Assembly (NCBI RefSeq): GCF_006345805.1
Contig: NC_042997.1
Span: 127,100,001-127,164,000, forward strand
Length of the DNA: 64,000 bases
Source: Octopus sinensis
Lineage: Eukaryota
Direction of reading: 5' to 3'
Under the pieces are notes generated by a model, which had not been told where the DNA came from, ran no database searches, and worked only from the letters and a program-made list of their open reading frames with translations. Shown in pieces: positions 25,236-37,885 of the stretch. The stretch's first letter is position 1. Every line of letters begins with the position of its first letter. The position numbers and the translations under genes are program-made.

Positions 25236-26445
25236 AGAGGTTATGAGAGGTAATGGTATCAATAAAACCCAATGGTGTCAAGTAATGCTGAGTAAGTGCT
25301 ATGGATAGACCATAGTTAAGCTCCAGGTTCGGTGATTATGCGAATAAGGAGTCCAACGTACGTCATATATCAGCATGCGTATATATAACCTTTTTTCTGT
25401 ATGAGATAAAAAACCAAGGCTGTGAAGTTTTTAGAACATTTATAAATAGGTCTTACAGCTGTTTCCATGATACTTATTATATCTCTTCGTCGAAGACGGT
25501 GTGAGAAGATGGTTAAGCAATAGTTAATTTAGATAAGATATGAAATAGAGAGTGAAGTGGAGGAATGAAAATAGATGTAAAATATGCAGGGATATTGCAT
25601 TTGTAAATCCATTATTTAGGCAGAATGGTATACATATAAGATTCCAATACCTTGTGAGTAAATTCCAATAGTATTTAAAATTGGTCATTCCAAGTATAGA
25701 GTTTGTATAGATTCAGTGCTATTGAATCGAAGGTTCTATTTAAAGTGACCTAAAGTAGGGAAAGTATTTGTAAGGTCAAGTCGAAAACAGGAAGAGAGGA
25801 ATCAAGAAAAGAGAAAAAAGAAAAAAAGGAATAAAGGAATAAAGAAAAGCAAGAAAAAAGTAAAAAAGAAATAACAAGGAGAGAGATAATAAAGATATGA
25901 AAACAGGGAAAGTGTACCAGTTAGTGGTCAGTCAAGACACAAGTAGGAATAGGGAGATGAGGGTGATAGAGAGAGAAAGATATTAGAGTCTAAAAAGTTG
26001 ATACGTAAAGAGTAAAGGAGTGTCAGATAGAAGGATTGAGGGGTGATGGATATATATATATATATAATAGTGTAAAAGGTAAAGGAGTGTCAGTTATGTA
26101 GTGATAGAGTCTAAGTGATGGTGCAGAGAGAGGGATAGTAATAAGGTGGAATGAAGAATTTAAGAATATAGATTAGGTGGTTGAACAGGTCAGTGCTTAG
26201 TAGTAGAAGAAAATATGTATGTAAAGATGTATACAGATGCATATATTAGACATGTATATATCTATTAGTGTTTCATTTCCGGATTCTAACACTCTGTGAA
26301 AGTTTCTAGTTCGAATCACACGTGTCTCGAGGTGCACTTAAGATTTTTCTATTTAGATATATTTGGGGTACTTAAGTCTGCTCGGGACTTGGTGCTTGCT
26401 TCTTCCATGGGTATGAGTAAGTATTTCATTTATATCTCGCGTATG

Positions 26446-26504
26446 TGCCGCTGAAGAGGGGAAATTTTCTTGTGAATTAACCCCGAAATTGGACCAATAC
26501 GGCA
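26446..26504 (+). ncRNA. Type I hammerhead ribozyme, canonical core
   Basis: TGCCG CTGAAGA GGGG..CCCC GAAA TTGG-A-CCAAT A CGGCA. Perfect 5-bp stem I, 4-bp G-C stem II, palindromic stem III, AUA triplet, predicted cleavage after 26499. Confidence 0.8.
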
Positions 26505-27030
26505 ATAACGAATTTTTTAGAGATTTCTCTTGGTTTGTTTCGAGACGCATAAATTTAATGGTTATCGACAATTTTTTTGTTTCGGCGTATCTGGCATTAG
26601 AATTTTTCTTCTGCCCTTATCATGTAAATTATGTATAAATTTTACCTTTAAAGGCATTTTTTGATATGCTGGCCATTGATAAAATTTTTTCCCGAAAAAA
26701 ATTCTATCCTATATCAATTATCTATTTATACAGATATTTATACATATCAATATCTACGTGTACAACACGTACTCATATGTATAGGTACACATGCACATCC
26801 ATATATACGTGTATCTGTACGTATTATCGCCCCTGTAAACGTAGGTGTATATACCTTCCATGCATACATACAAACTTTTTAGATACGATAGTAAATCATG
26901 TCTTAATTTTTCTTGTGCGTGTATATGTGTATATGTTTGTATGTGCGTGTGAGTGCGAATGTGTATTACGCACGATGGTGTGTATTTGAACATAGAGTTA
27001 TTAGACATTTTGGAGGCTTTTTTTTCCTTA

Positions 27031-28375
27031 TTAGTTTCAGCTCTGAGCTGCGGCCATGCTGGGGCACCACTATTTTGCTACACTGTTATTATTGAGAGTC
27101 TCTGCTAATATGTGGCATTTGGTGAATAAGAGAGTTTGATGCCGCTACCTCATTTGCATCTCTTATCGAGAGGTAGGTTCATCTGGAAATCTCAACAGGA
27201 AGAGGTCCAATTTTGATTTGAAAACGCCTACTATTAGTAGGTTCCTCGGGTTCTTTGGGAGAATATTAAAAAGCTGTGGGTCCCTGAAACCCAAGCTGTT
27301 GCAGTAACTGGTCCTGAAGTACGATGGCATTGGTTGGATCTTTGGCACTGTGCAGTGTCGATCCGTTTTGGCATTTGTGTATCTTTCAATGCCAAAATTT
27401 GGTACAATTCCTTCCAGGATCTTCCAGATGTATATTACTGCATACCTCTCCCGCTTTTGCTCCAGTGAATGGAGTCTTAGCTGTTTCAGCCTTTCCCAGT
27501 AGCTGAGCTGTTGCAACGAGACGATCTTCTTTGTGAAGCTTCGCTGGACTGCTTCATGGTCCGCTGTTAATTATGCGCTGTTGGGTGACCATAGCTGGGA
27601 GCAGTAGTCCAGGCGGCTGAGCACGAATGTCTTCTTGAGGACCATCATGGTTTCCGTCTCTCTGGTCCTGAAGGTTGTCAGGATTCATCCAGCCAATCGT
27701 CTGCACTTTGCCGCCATCCTGGTAATGTGCACTTGGAAAGAGGTATCATCACTCATGTCGATACCCAGGTCCCTCACTAATTTAGGCTCTAGGATTGTAA
27801 TTCCCTGTGGATCAGTGTACCCTGTAAATTTTATATTCAGTTTTGGACAATGGTAGCGCAGGGCTTGGAATTTTTCAGCATTAAACTGCATTTTATTGTC
27901 CTCAGCCCGTCTGTAAATTGCAGGTGTGCAACATTGCTGGGGTTCTGTATTTTCTGTGAGAATTTCGAATCGTCTACGTAGCTAGCAAGGGTGGCTATCC
28001 GGGAAGCTGAGAGCATATCTGAGAGGGCCACTATGAAAAGCGGTGGTACCAAGATAGTGCCCGGTGGAACACCGCTCACTACTTGTGTTTTCTTTGAGGT
28101 AGCTCCATTGGCCACTACTGCCTGCCTTTTATCTTTCAGAAAGTCATGTAACCACTCTCCAAGTTTTCCAGCTATGCAAAATCACGCAGCTTGTAGCATA
28201 TCATACCATGACCCACTTTATCAATAGCTTTGGGAAAGTCAAGGTATATTACATCCATATTTGAGTTGTTGAGTAACTGCCTCAATACCCAGTTATAGTG
28301 CTGTAAGAGCTGGGTCAGGCAGCTCCTACCTGGTCGAAAGCCATGCTGGGTATCACTCAGCAAGTTGTTTTATTC
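27031..28375 (-). pseudogene. CR1-like LINE, 5'-truncated RT fragment with 3' UTR
   Basis: QHGFRPGRSCLTQLLQHY, VIYLDFPKAIDKV, VVSGVPPGTILVPPLF, YVDDSK, MQFNAEKFQAL, VRDLGIDMSDD, SYWERLKQLRLHSLEQKRERY, FKSKLDLFLLRFPDEP. Confidence 0.93.
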
Positions 28376-28414
28376 ACTGAATGCGATTAGTTTCCCTCCG
28401 ACTATCTTTCCTAC

Positions 28415-28575
28415 TGGAGGCACAAGGCCTCAAATTTGTTGGGTGGGGACTTGTCGATTATATCGATCCCAGTGTTTCACTCGTACTTAATTTATTGACC
28501 CCGAAGGATGAAAAGCGAAGTCGACCTCGTCGGAATTTTAACTCAGACCTAGCGACGGGCGAAATGCTGCAAAGC
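28415..28575 (-). mobile_element. SINE family B, partial
   Basis: Reverse complement of the family B core (GACCCCGAAGGATGAAAAGCGAAGTCGACCTCGTCGGAATTT on +). Confidence 0.8.
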
Positions 28576-28577
28576 AT

Positions 28578-28808
28578 TACTCTTACTCTTTTACTCTTTT
28601 ACTTGTTTCAGTCATTTGACTGCTGCCATGCTGGAGCACCGCCTTTAGTCGAGCAAATCGACCCCAGGACTTATTCTTTGGAAGCTTAGTACATATTCTA
28701 TCGGCCTCTTTTGCCGAACCGTTAAGTTACGCGGACGTAAACACATCGCCATCGGTTGTCAAGCGATGCGGGGGGTGGGGGTGGACAAACACAGACACAC
28801 AAACATAT

Positions 28809-28861
<53 letters not shown>

Positions 28862-29010
28862 TACGACAGGCTTTTTTCAACCAAATCCACTCACAAGGCT
28901 TTGGTCGGCCCGAGGCTATAGTAGAAGACACTTGCCCAAGGTGCCATGCAGTGGGACTGAACCCGGAACCATGTGGTTGGTAAGCAAACTACTTACCACA
29001 CAGCCACTCA
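28578..29010 (-). mobile_element. SINE family A, full length
   Basis: Reverse complement of the family A consensus, with internal (TA)n. Confidence 0.9.
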
Positions 29011-30155
29011 TGAGCCTCTTTGGAAAATGCATTTTATTTTTTGTACAATTCTATTAAATATATATATACTAATATGGCGGCATTTCGTCCGTCTTTTTGT
29101 TCTGAGTTGAAACTCTGCTGAGGATTTGGTAAACGGAAACTGAAAGAAGCCCGTCGTATATATGTATATATATATATGTATGTGTGTGTGTATATATGTT
29201 TCTGTGTCTGTGTTTGTCTCCCCAACATCGCTTGAGAACCGATGGTGATGTGTTAACTTCACCATCGGTTTGGCAAAAAGAGACCTATAGAATAAGTACT
29301 AGGATTCAAAATAATAAGTCCTGGGGTCGATTTGCTCGACTAAAGGCGGTGCTCCAGCGTGGCCACAGTCAAATGACTGAAACAAGTAAAAGGGTAAAAG
29401 AATATGTGCAAGTCTGTTTGTATCTGATTTTCGTTGTGATTAAGTGTGTTTCTAAGTGTCTGCATGTATTTGTAAAGTGGGTATTAAATTATTTATTTCT
29501 GTGAGCTTTTAGACAACATAATTGTATATTAAATAGCATAATGACTTAAAATGTGAGCACAAAGTTCCGTAAGAAAGGTATTTTATGATATGTTCTATAT
29601 AATTCTCATTCATAATTGCCAATATATAAAATAATGGTCAATATATATCACTCTATACTAAAATACAATAAAATCTAAGAACAAAAGGATATTAATCTAT
29701 GTTAAATATTATGTTTTTTCGTTCCTTACATGAGATTAGCTTACAAAAAAAAAAAATCATTTATCACTTAAACATAACTGCAAATAAATATATGCATGTC
29801 CATCTAGCTGGGTGTGCTATATATTCCTATTCCTATTTGATGTATACAGGTACAAAATATTGCAGTTTCTGTTAATGCATGTATCTGAATATATTAAAGC
29901 GTGTTAATATGCTACATAATATTTAGGTTTTATCAATAACGTGTATACAGAAACAATATTTAAATAAATATATCTGATATCATGTATATGGTTTAATGGT
30001 CATGTATGCATACTCAGGTATAAAATACAGCTAACGAGAGCCTTTAATATGCAATGTCGCATAATCAAGTTTCTACATTTACATATCGCATCAGTTGCCC
30101 CAAAAATTACTTATACACATACAGAATCAAATGCCTTGTTCCATACTTATGCATA

Positions 30156-30264
<109 letters not shown>

Positions 30265-30430
30265 GTGTGTGGGTGTGTATAGGCGCAAGAGTGGCTCTGT
30301 GGAAAGTACCACATGGTTCCGAGTTCAGTCCCACTGCGTGGCACCTTGGGCAAGTGTCATCTACTATGGCCTCGGGTCGACCAAAGCCTTGGGAGTGGAT
30401 TTGGTAGACGGAAACTGAAAGAAGTCCGTC

Positions 30431-30481
<51 letters not shown>

Positions 30482-30482
<1 letters not shown>

Positions 30483-31733
30483 TAGCAGAGATACACAGCG
30501 TTGTCCGGTTACATTCAATTGAAGAATTAGACTTTTCTGTTATATTTTCTGTAATGAACTGGAATATCTATGTTTCGAATTTCATCAAAATTGCAGATGA
30601 GGGTTATTTCCCTCTTTACACACCCTAAAAAAATTGTAATCGAGCCACATGTATCCCATACTACTGATTTTTATGCGCATATTCCAAAATTCCAGTCTTA
30701 TTGAACCTGTTAAAAAGATTTTGCTCCTGAAAAATGAAGGTCATGGAGCTTTAAAATGTGAGAGTTAAGGCCCCTGTTGGTGGTGGGCATCTTAATGTCA
30801 ACCAGAGAAGTTGAATTGTTGAAAATCTTTTTAACTTGGGTCTTATATCTATTGTTTGAATTTCTTTGAAATAGGAAATATATGTTCACTGGGTTTGTAA
30901 AAGAGAGCAAAGCTACAGGAAACCAAAAGACGAATGATCACAATAAGCAGTTAGTTACCCTACCCTAGTTGTTACCACTCCCAATGTAAGATTCCTCACC
31001 ATCCAGGTGACAGGCACAGCCGTAAGATGCATTACGAATCTATAGCAATTGGAAGGGCGCGACCCAACTGAAATCAACATTAACAACTGTGTGACGTGAG
31101 GGCTCAGGATAAATTAAAGTGTCACCTCTGGAGTTTGTAAATGACCACTATACTGATACGTAACTGGACAGAATAAATTTAAAATCTATAAATGTCTTTG
31201 AATAACCAGTCACTCATCTGGGAAGGCCTTGAGATCAATGTTACCGTCTGGGGACTATGTGTCACCGAGTGATAATAAAAAGACTGAAGGGAGGTCTGCA
31301 ATCAAATAACTTTACTCAACACTTTGCAACTGAATCAGTGGAAGCAAAAATGCCTTCGTTTACTTGACAATTTATGCACCACATTGCAGAAATCACAATG
31401 TAAGTGTATGTCAACGCAAACTGTTACACTGTTGTACCATTGAATTAAAAATAATGCCCAACTTTTATGCTCGGGTAACCTTACGGCTTCCAAGAGCACA
31501 ACTGTATTCGTTTTTGGTGAGATAAAAGGACAAAATTGTGGGTGTTAAGTCCCCATGGAGGGATCTTTCTAACGTTGTAAGAAGTTGAAATTTTATAAAT
31601 ATTACTTCATTTGTGTCTAATATCTATGGTTAAAATTTCATCAACAGCAAAAATATATGAATTGTCATGGGGGTTATGGCCCTTATGCATAGAATATAAT
31701 TTCCAAATTTCATAAAGATCCATTCAGTACTTT
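30482..31733 (-). mobile_element. Helitron-like element (3' terminus at 30482), inserted in the (TA)n tract of a family A SINE
   Basis: Minus strand ends ...CCGGACAACGCTGTG..TCTCTGCTAG|T, a degenerate subterminal hairpin plus CTAG. Internal helicase similarity is only suggestive. The 5' extent is uncertain and abuts a Tc1 remnant. Confidence 0.45.
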
Positions 31734-32893
31734 TGAAATCTACGAGGTATAGACCAGTACAAAGTTTGAATTGTTTCCAAAAGAATTTTTGCCTATTCTT
31801 CAGCTAAAACAGTCTGCAGTTCTTGTAGTGATGATGGTGGGGGATATCAACTCATTGATTTTCTAAAATGTACCATAAACGTTAAATAATATTGATATCT
31901 GGGGATTGTGGTGGCCAGATAAGATGTTCAACTTCACTAGAATGTTCTTCGTGTCATTCAGTAACAACTTTATCTGTGTGAATTGGTGCATTATCATCCT
32001 GAAAGATTGTGTTTCCCTCCGGAAACAGTTCCTCAACTATAGGATGAATTTGATCCGATAAAATGCTTAAATAGTCTTGACTATTAATTCTGCCATGAAG
32101 GAGAACCATTGGGCAGGCGGATTTCCAAGATATAGCTCCACCACCCCAAGCTCATCACAGATCCTCCTCCATGTTTATCAGTTGGAAGAAGGCAGTCTGG
32201 ATCAAATGCTTCTTTTGGCTGTCTCAGCCGGTGGTCGGAAATAAGGTAAAGGATGACTCGTCCAAGAAAATAACATTCCTCCACTACTCTAGGGACCTAT
32301 TCTGAAGGTTTTTACTCCACTCTGAAAGCTTTGCAACGTTTGTTTTTGAAAGTAGCGGTTTTCTGATTGCAGCCCTCCCGTGAAATCCAGCTTTGTGCAG
32401 CTCCCGGCGAACAGTTTTTGTGGAAACTGGATTCTCGGGGTGGTCATTAAGCTCAGCAGTAATTTTGGGAGCTGTACTTTTGTGATCCTTTCTAACAATT
32501 TGCGTAAGAGTCCGACGGTCCCTATCCGAAAGTTTTTGTTTCCTTCCTGAGTTTTGTTTCGACGAGGAGGTTTTTCCCTCTTTCTCAAAGCTGTCATTAC
32601 TTTCAAGACAGTACTTCTTGATATACCAAACATTTCGGCTATTTTCGTTACGCTAGCGCCTGCCATCCGAGCAGCAATAATTTGACCTCTTTGAAAGTCC
32701 AATAGATCTGTCACTTTAATGAATTTTAACTACCTTTTTCTTATGATATCTGAAAAGAAAGAACAATTTTAGCTAAACATATTAAGGGACACTAATAAAA
32801 TATCATAAAAAAACAGCTTTTGACGGTTCTATAGATATTCCAAAATTATGATGCTATGACGCTAGGTGTTTCCATTATTTTGTCCAACCCCTG
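31734..32893 (-). mobile_element. Tc1-like DNA transposon remnant (DD34E transposase pseudogene, one TIR)
   Basis: TA|CAGGGGTTGGACAAAATAATGGAAACACC terminus at 32893. MTDLLDFQRGQIIAARMAGASVTKIAEMFGISRSTV (paired-like HTH), LDESSFTLFP, KHGGGSVM, IFQDDNAPIH, WPPQSPDINII*. Other TIR missing. Confidence 0.92.
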
Positions 32894-33239
32894 TATGTAT
32901 TTATATATGGATATAAGTATACAAGCAATCACGTGCAAGTCAAACGTTACTTATAAATAAATATTACATATCGGCATTGACAATTCTGAAGATATATTAT
33001 AGAATTATAAGGTTTCTTAATGGAATAAAAATAATACCTTGGTTATCTTCATGTAGGTATTAAATAAATTGTTAAGAGGATGTCTTTATTAGTTATGAAA
33101 CTAAGATTTATGGTTTATATTATTTATGGTTTCATGTGTTTGGTAAGTACAAGGGGGTAGGATTTCAAATTGTTTAAGTAGCTTTAGTTTAGAGAACGAA
33201 ACTTATGTTTCCTCTATATCGTTTCGTTATAGTTTCGTT

Positions 33240-33646
33240 AACTTGTTTCAGTTTTCATTCGACTGTGGCCATGCCGTAGAACCGCCTCGAAGAATTTCAC
33301 ACGAACGAATCGACGCCAGGTAAGTATATTTTAAGGGCAGGTACTTATTCTATCCGTGTTTTTTTTTTTGTCAAACTGCCAAGTTACGGGAACATAAAGT
33401 TGTCAACACTGGTTGTCAAGTGGTGTGGAGAGAAACACAGACACATGTACGCACGCACGCACGCACGCACGAACGCACACACGCTCACACACGACACCTC
33501 TTTTCCAGTTTCCGTCTACCAGATCCACTGAGAAGGCTTTGACCGGCCCGAGGCTATAGTAGAAGACATTTGCATATGTTGCCATGCAGTAGAACCGAAC
33601 TCGGAACCCTACGGTTGAGAAGCAAACTTCTTACCACACAGCCACG
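33240..33646 (-). mobile_element. SINE family A, diverged
   Basis: Reverse complement of the family A consensus. Confidence 0.85.
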
Positions 33647-33699
33647 CATTTAAAAGAATCTGTTTGCTACAAGTTAAATAATTTATCAAGGAAAACTTA

Positions 33700-34870
33700 G
33701 ATTCGTAGACAATACAGATAGAAAACCACCCCAGATACATTGCATCAGTATATATCAAAGAGTGAAACAAATGCACATAGCTACAGGGAGACAGTGAATA
33801 CCCTCACAAACTATGTCAGTGGTAAGATAACACGTCAAAAGAGCATTTATCTCTTTGTCCACAAAATATGCACTAGAGAAAGTAATATATAGAATTAAAC
33901 AAGCAATAATTAACAACGGATACTCTAAAAGACATGTGAATTAAACTATACTAGGATATAGACATGAATATATCAGAGAATGTATCTAACAGAAATACGC
34001 AAAATACACATACAATCTTTTGCATGAACCAAAGGCACGAAAAACAAAACTATTGGAAAGCAGAAAATATAATTAAAAAACCCTCATAAAATACCTCAAA
34101 ATGCATCACAGCCGACCATAAACTTAAACTAATAATAATATATTATAAAGTGATGGTTTGTTGTCAACTTAATGTGGCAGTCCCTGGACAGGGAAGAATG
34201 CTACTGCTATTTAACCCCAAGAAACACCGTTTCGAGTTGGCTTTGTGACACAAGCGTGCCGGGTCCTTAAGTTTTCAAACAAGGGAGATAAGTACCTCCA
34301 GCCGACAAAGCCAGCTTCAAGAGACTAGTTTCAGGGTAGTTGCCCTTCAACAATCTGGAGTAGCTTGGCCCTGCGAGCTGTCGGTGCTAAATCACTGTTG
34401 AAATCTTATAGAATTTCAATTGAAATAAATTCACTGATCTACAAAATTACAAATATTATAAAAACACCAAAAACCAAAAGATACCTTGTCAACATTACAT
34501 CAGAAACATACGGATGTCGAATGAGGTGAATACGTTTGACTATAAAACTGAATGTCATAAACTTCAGACAAGCTGTTACATTGGGCAGACGAGTACAACA
34601 CTCTCACATAGGCTTACTATGTACTTGCAACATGGAATTATTGCACAACATTACACCACAAAAAAGAAAAATAGATAGGAAAATACTCGATGAAAATACT
34701 TTATAAATTCCACACAAAAATAAAAGACTAATTATGGAAACCATACTCATCGCAATACGATGCCAAAATTAATTCGCAAACTCGCACATCAAAAAACTGA
34801 CATGTCGCTACTGGACATAAAAACATTTTTAAAGCCTAACGTTCAAAATTTGGTCACAACAAAAGAAAAA
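33700..34870 (+). pseudogene. Penelope-like element remnant (RT thumb plus GIY-YIG endonuclease), interrupted at ~34152-34440
   Basis: Plus-strand fragments VIYRIKQAIINNGYS, KLKLIIIYYK, SCYIGQTSTTLSHRLTMYLQHG, matching PLE IKQILxNNGY and YIGxTxxTLxxRLxxH motifs. Confidence 0.75.
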
Positions 34871-35704
34871 AACAACATCTGTCTGCTGATGTATAATGTT
34901 AACGGTCAAAGAACCTTTGCGGAAAAATCTATATAAATTCAGTCAGCATGAAAGGAACCAGTACAAACGCCAAATTTATCCACTTCAATTCTTGGTAATG
35001 AGACTGTGAAGTTCTAGAAACGACGGATAAAAATTTAGGAACTCTACTGTTCCAAACCGCCTGTAAAAAGCAAAGAAGAAAATATGAAAAATATAAAATG
35101 AAAAAGATAAATCTTGAACATAGTTGTGTATTTAACGAAATATGTGTTTGTATGACGCAGAAATACACATGGTTGGTGCCAGGGCGCGCAGTAATACCAC
35201 CGGGTGTGAAGCACCCCCAACTGTTGTCACAGCATTCTTCTAGAAACTGGACGCTCTGGTGTAAAATGTGCGGTTTCACGTGATTACTGGCCATTTAACT
35301 TCAACCTGTTAATTGATACTAATCACAGCGACTCAGAGAGTGGCACACGTGTTTTACAAATGTCTATCACTATAATCCAATGATATACTGATGTGTTTTG
35401 CGGGGTGACCTCATCTGTCGTTCCATCTTATGAAAGTACTATAGTGATGGAAAAGTGGTGACCTGGGGAATGGGTGTATATGCATATTTCAGTTCTTGTT
35501 CCTTGTTCAGTATCACATCCAAACTATTAACTATCCTCATCTACATTACTTAAATAATCATTATGTTTAGCAGTGTAACACTAATGGGTTGACCAATTTA
35601 TATATTAACAACATTGCTGGAAGCTGGTAAGCATATTTTAATTGCTGGTAGGGGCATAGTATTTCGCTTTGCAATCATAGTATACTACCAAGAATATTCT
35701 TTTC

Positions 35705-36092
35705 TACTCTAGGCACGGGGCCTGAAACTTTTTGGGAGGAGGGGGCCAGTCGATTAGATCGACCCCAGTACGCAGCTGGTACTTAATTTATCGGCCCCGA
35801 AAGTATGAAAGGCAAAGTCGACTTCGGTGAATTTGAACTCAGAACGTAAAGATAGACGAATACTTATTTCTTTATTGCCCACAAGGAGCTAAACATAGAG
35901 GGCACAAACAAGGACAGACAAAGGGACTAAGTCAATTACATCGACTCCAGTGCGTAACTGGTACTTGTTTAATTGACCCCGAAGGGATGAAAGGCAAAGT
36001 CGACCTCAGCGGAATTTGAACTCAGAACGTAGCAGCAGACGAAATACCGATAAATATTTCGCGTACTAACGATTCTGCCAGCTCGCCGCCTT
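35705..36092 (-). mobile_element. SINE family B, head-to-tail dimer
   Basis: Two units ~184 bp apart (junction near 35864). Confidence 0.88.
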
Positions 36093-36407
36093 ACAGACGA
36101 ATACTACTAAGTATATAAATAATTAAATAACATTGTAACGAATAAACGTAGTGGCTATTTAAGCAATCTATTCGTGGACAGTTATTAGGTTGGATGTCGC
36201 GCTGATGAAAGAGCAATAACTTTTGAAATATGCATATATATCTATTACCTCTTTCTCCGTTTTCGATCGCAGTATTTACATAGAACATTCGTATACGAAA
36301 CCTCATAGCGTTCAGATTTGGCACAAAATTCTATAGAAAATCTATAGAGATAAAACTTAGATATGTGTGTGTATTTACATACATAGTCATACACGTGCAT
36401 ATATTCT

Positions 36408-36613
36408 TTTATTCTTTTACTTGTTTCAGTCATTTGACTGCGGCCATGCTGGATCACCGCCTGTAGTCGAACAATTAGAGCCCAGGATTTATTCATTGTA
36501 AGCCTAGTACTTATTCTATCGGTCTCTGTTGCCACACAGCTAGGTTACGGGGACCTAAACGCACCAACGCCGGTTGTCAAGCGATGGTGGGGAGACAAAC
36601 AGACGCACAAATA

Positions 36614-36646
<33 letters not shown>

Positions 36647-36800
36647 CGATGGGCTTCTTTCAGTTTCTGTCTACCAAATCCACTCACAATGCTTTGGTCA
36701 ACCCGGGGCTATAGATGAAGACACATGCCCAAAGTGCCGCCCAGTAGGACTGAAACCGGAACCATGTGATTGGGAAGCAAGCTTCTTACCACACAGCCAC
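36408..36800 (-). mobile_element. SINE family A, full length
   Basis: Reverse complement of the family A consensus. Confidence 0.88.
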
Positions 36801-37134
36801 TCACTTAATAATAAGTACATTTATTGAGTTTGAGGATACTAGTGATGATCTGCAATGGCCAACATTACACAGTGAACTTCGAGTAATTGGAGAAGTCGCT
36901 AAAGTTATTTTTTGGCCAAATGCGTGGATCATATCCTGCCTCCGTTCTCAAGAAAATCTTAGGCGCTGTAAGTAAGGGATTTAGAAATAAATTAAATGTC
37001 AACAATGCCGGATTGAGTATACTTCAAGTTATGCCTATTCTCGATATTTTTTGAGCCAGCTAGTTACATTATTCTTGTTTTTTCCACAGACGTATTTGTG
37101 ATTTATTTAAAGCTATTGCTACTATTATTCTTTT

Positions 37135-37337
37135 ATTTGTTTCACTCATTTAACTGTGGCCATGCTGGAGCACCGCCTTTAGTCGAACAGGTCGACCCCA
37201 GGACTTAATTTTTGTAAGCCTAGTACTGATTCTATCGGTCTCTTTTGCCGAACCGCTAAGTTATGGAGACGTAAACACACCAACATGGGTTATCAAGCGA
37301 TGTTGGGGTACAAATAGACACACAAACATATACATAC

Positions 37338-37381
<44 letters not shown>

Positions 37382-37387
37382 TATATA

Positions 37388-37418
<31 letters not shown>

Positions 37419-37481
37419 CATATATGTATATATATATATATATATGTATATAATATATATATATATATGTATATATAAATA

Positions 37482-37538
<57 letters not shown>

Positions 37539-37551
37539 GTATATATAAATA

Positions 37552-37606
<55 letters not shown>

Positions 37607-37679
37607 TTGTGCATGTATATATATATATATTATATATATATGTATAGATATATATATATGTGTGTGTGTGTGTTTGTGC

Positions 37680-37752
<73 letters not shown>

Positions 37753-37885
37753 GTATGTATATACACGACAGGCTTATTTCAGTTTCCGTCTACCAAATCC
37801 ACTCACAAGGCTATAGTAGAAGGTACCACGCAGTGAGACAGAACCCGGAACCATGTGGTTTGTAAGTAAGCTACTTACCACAACC
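37135..37885 (-). mobile_element. SINE family A with ~440-bp expanded internal microsatellite
   Basis: 3' half at 37135-37320, 5' half at 37765-37885, (TA)/(TG) expansion between them. Confidence 0.88.
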
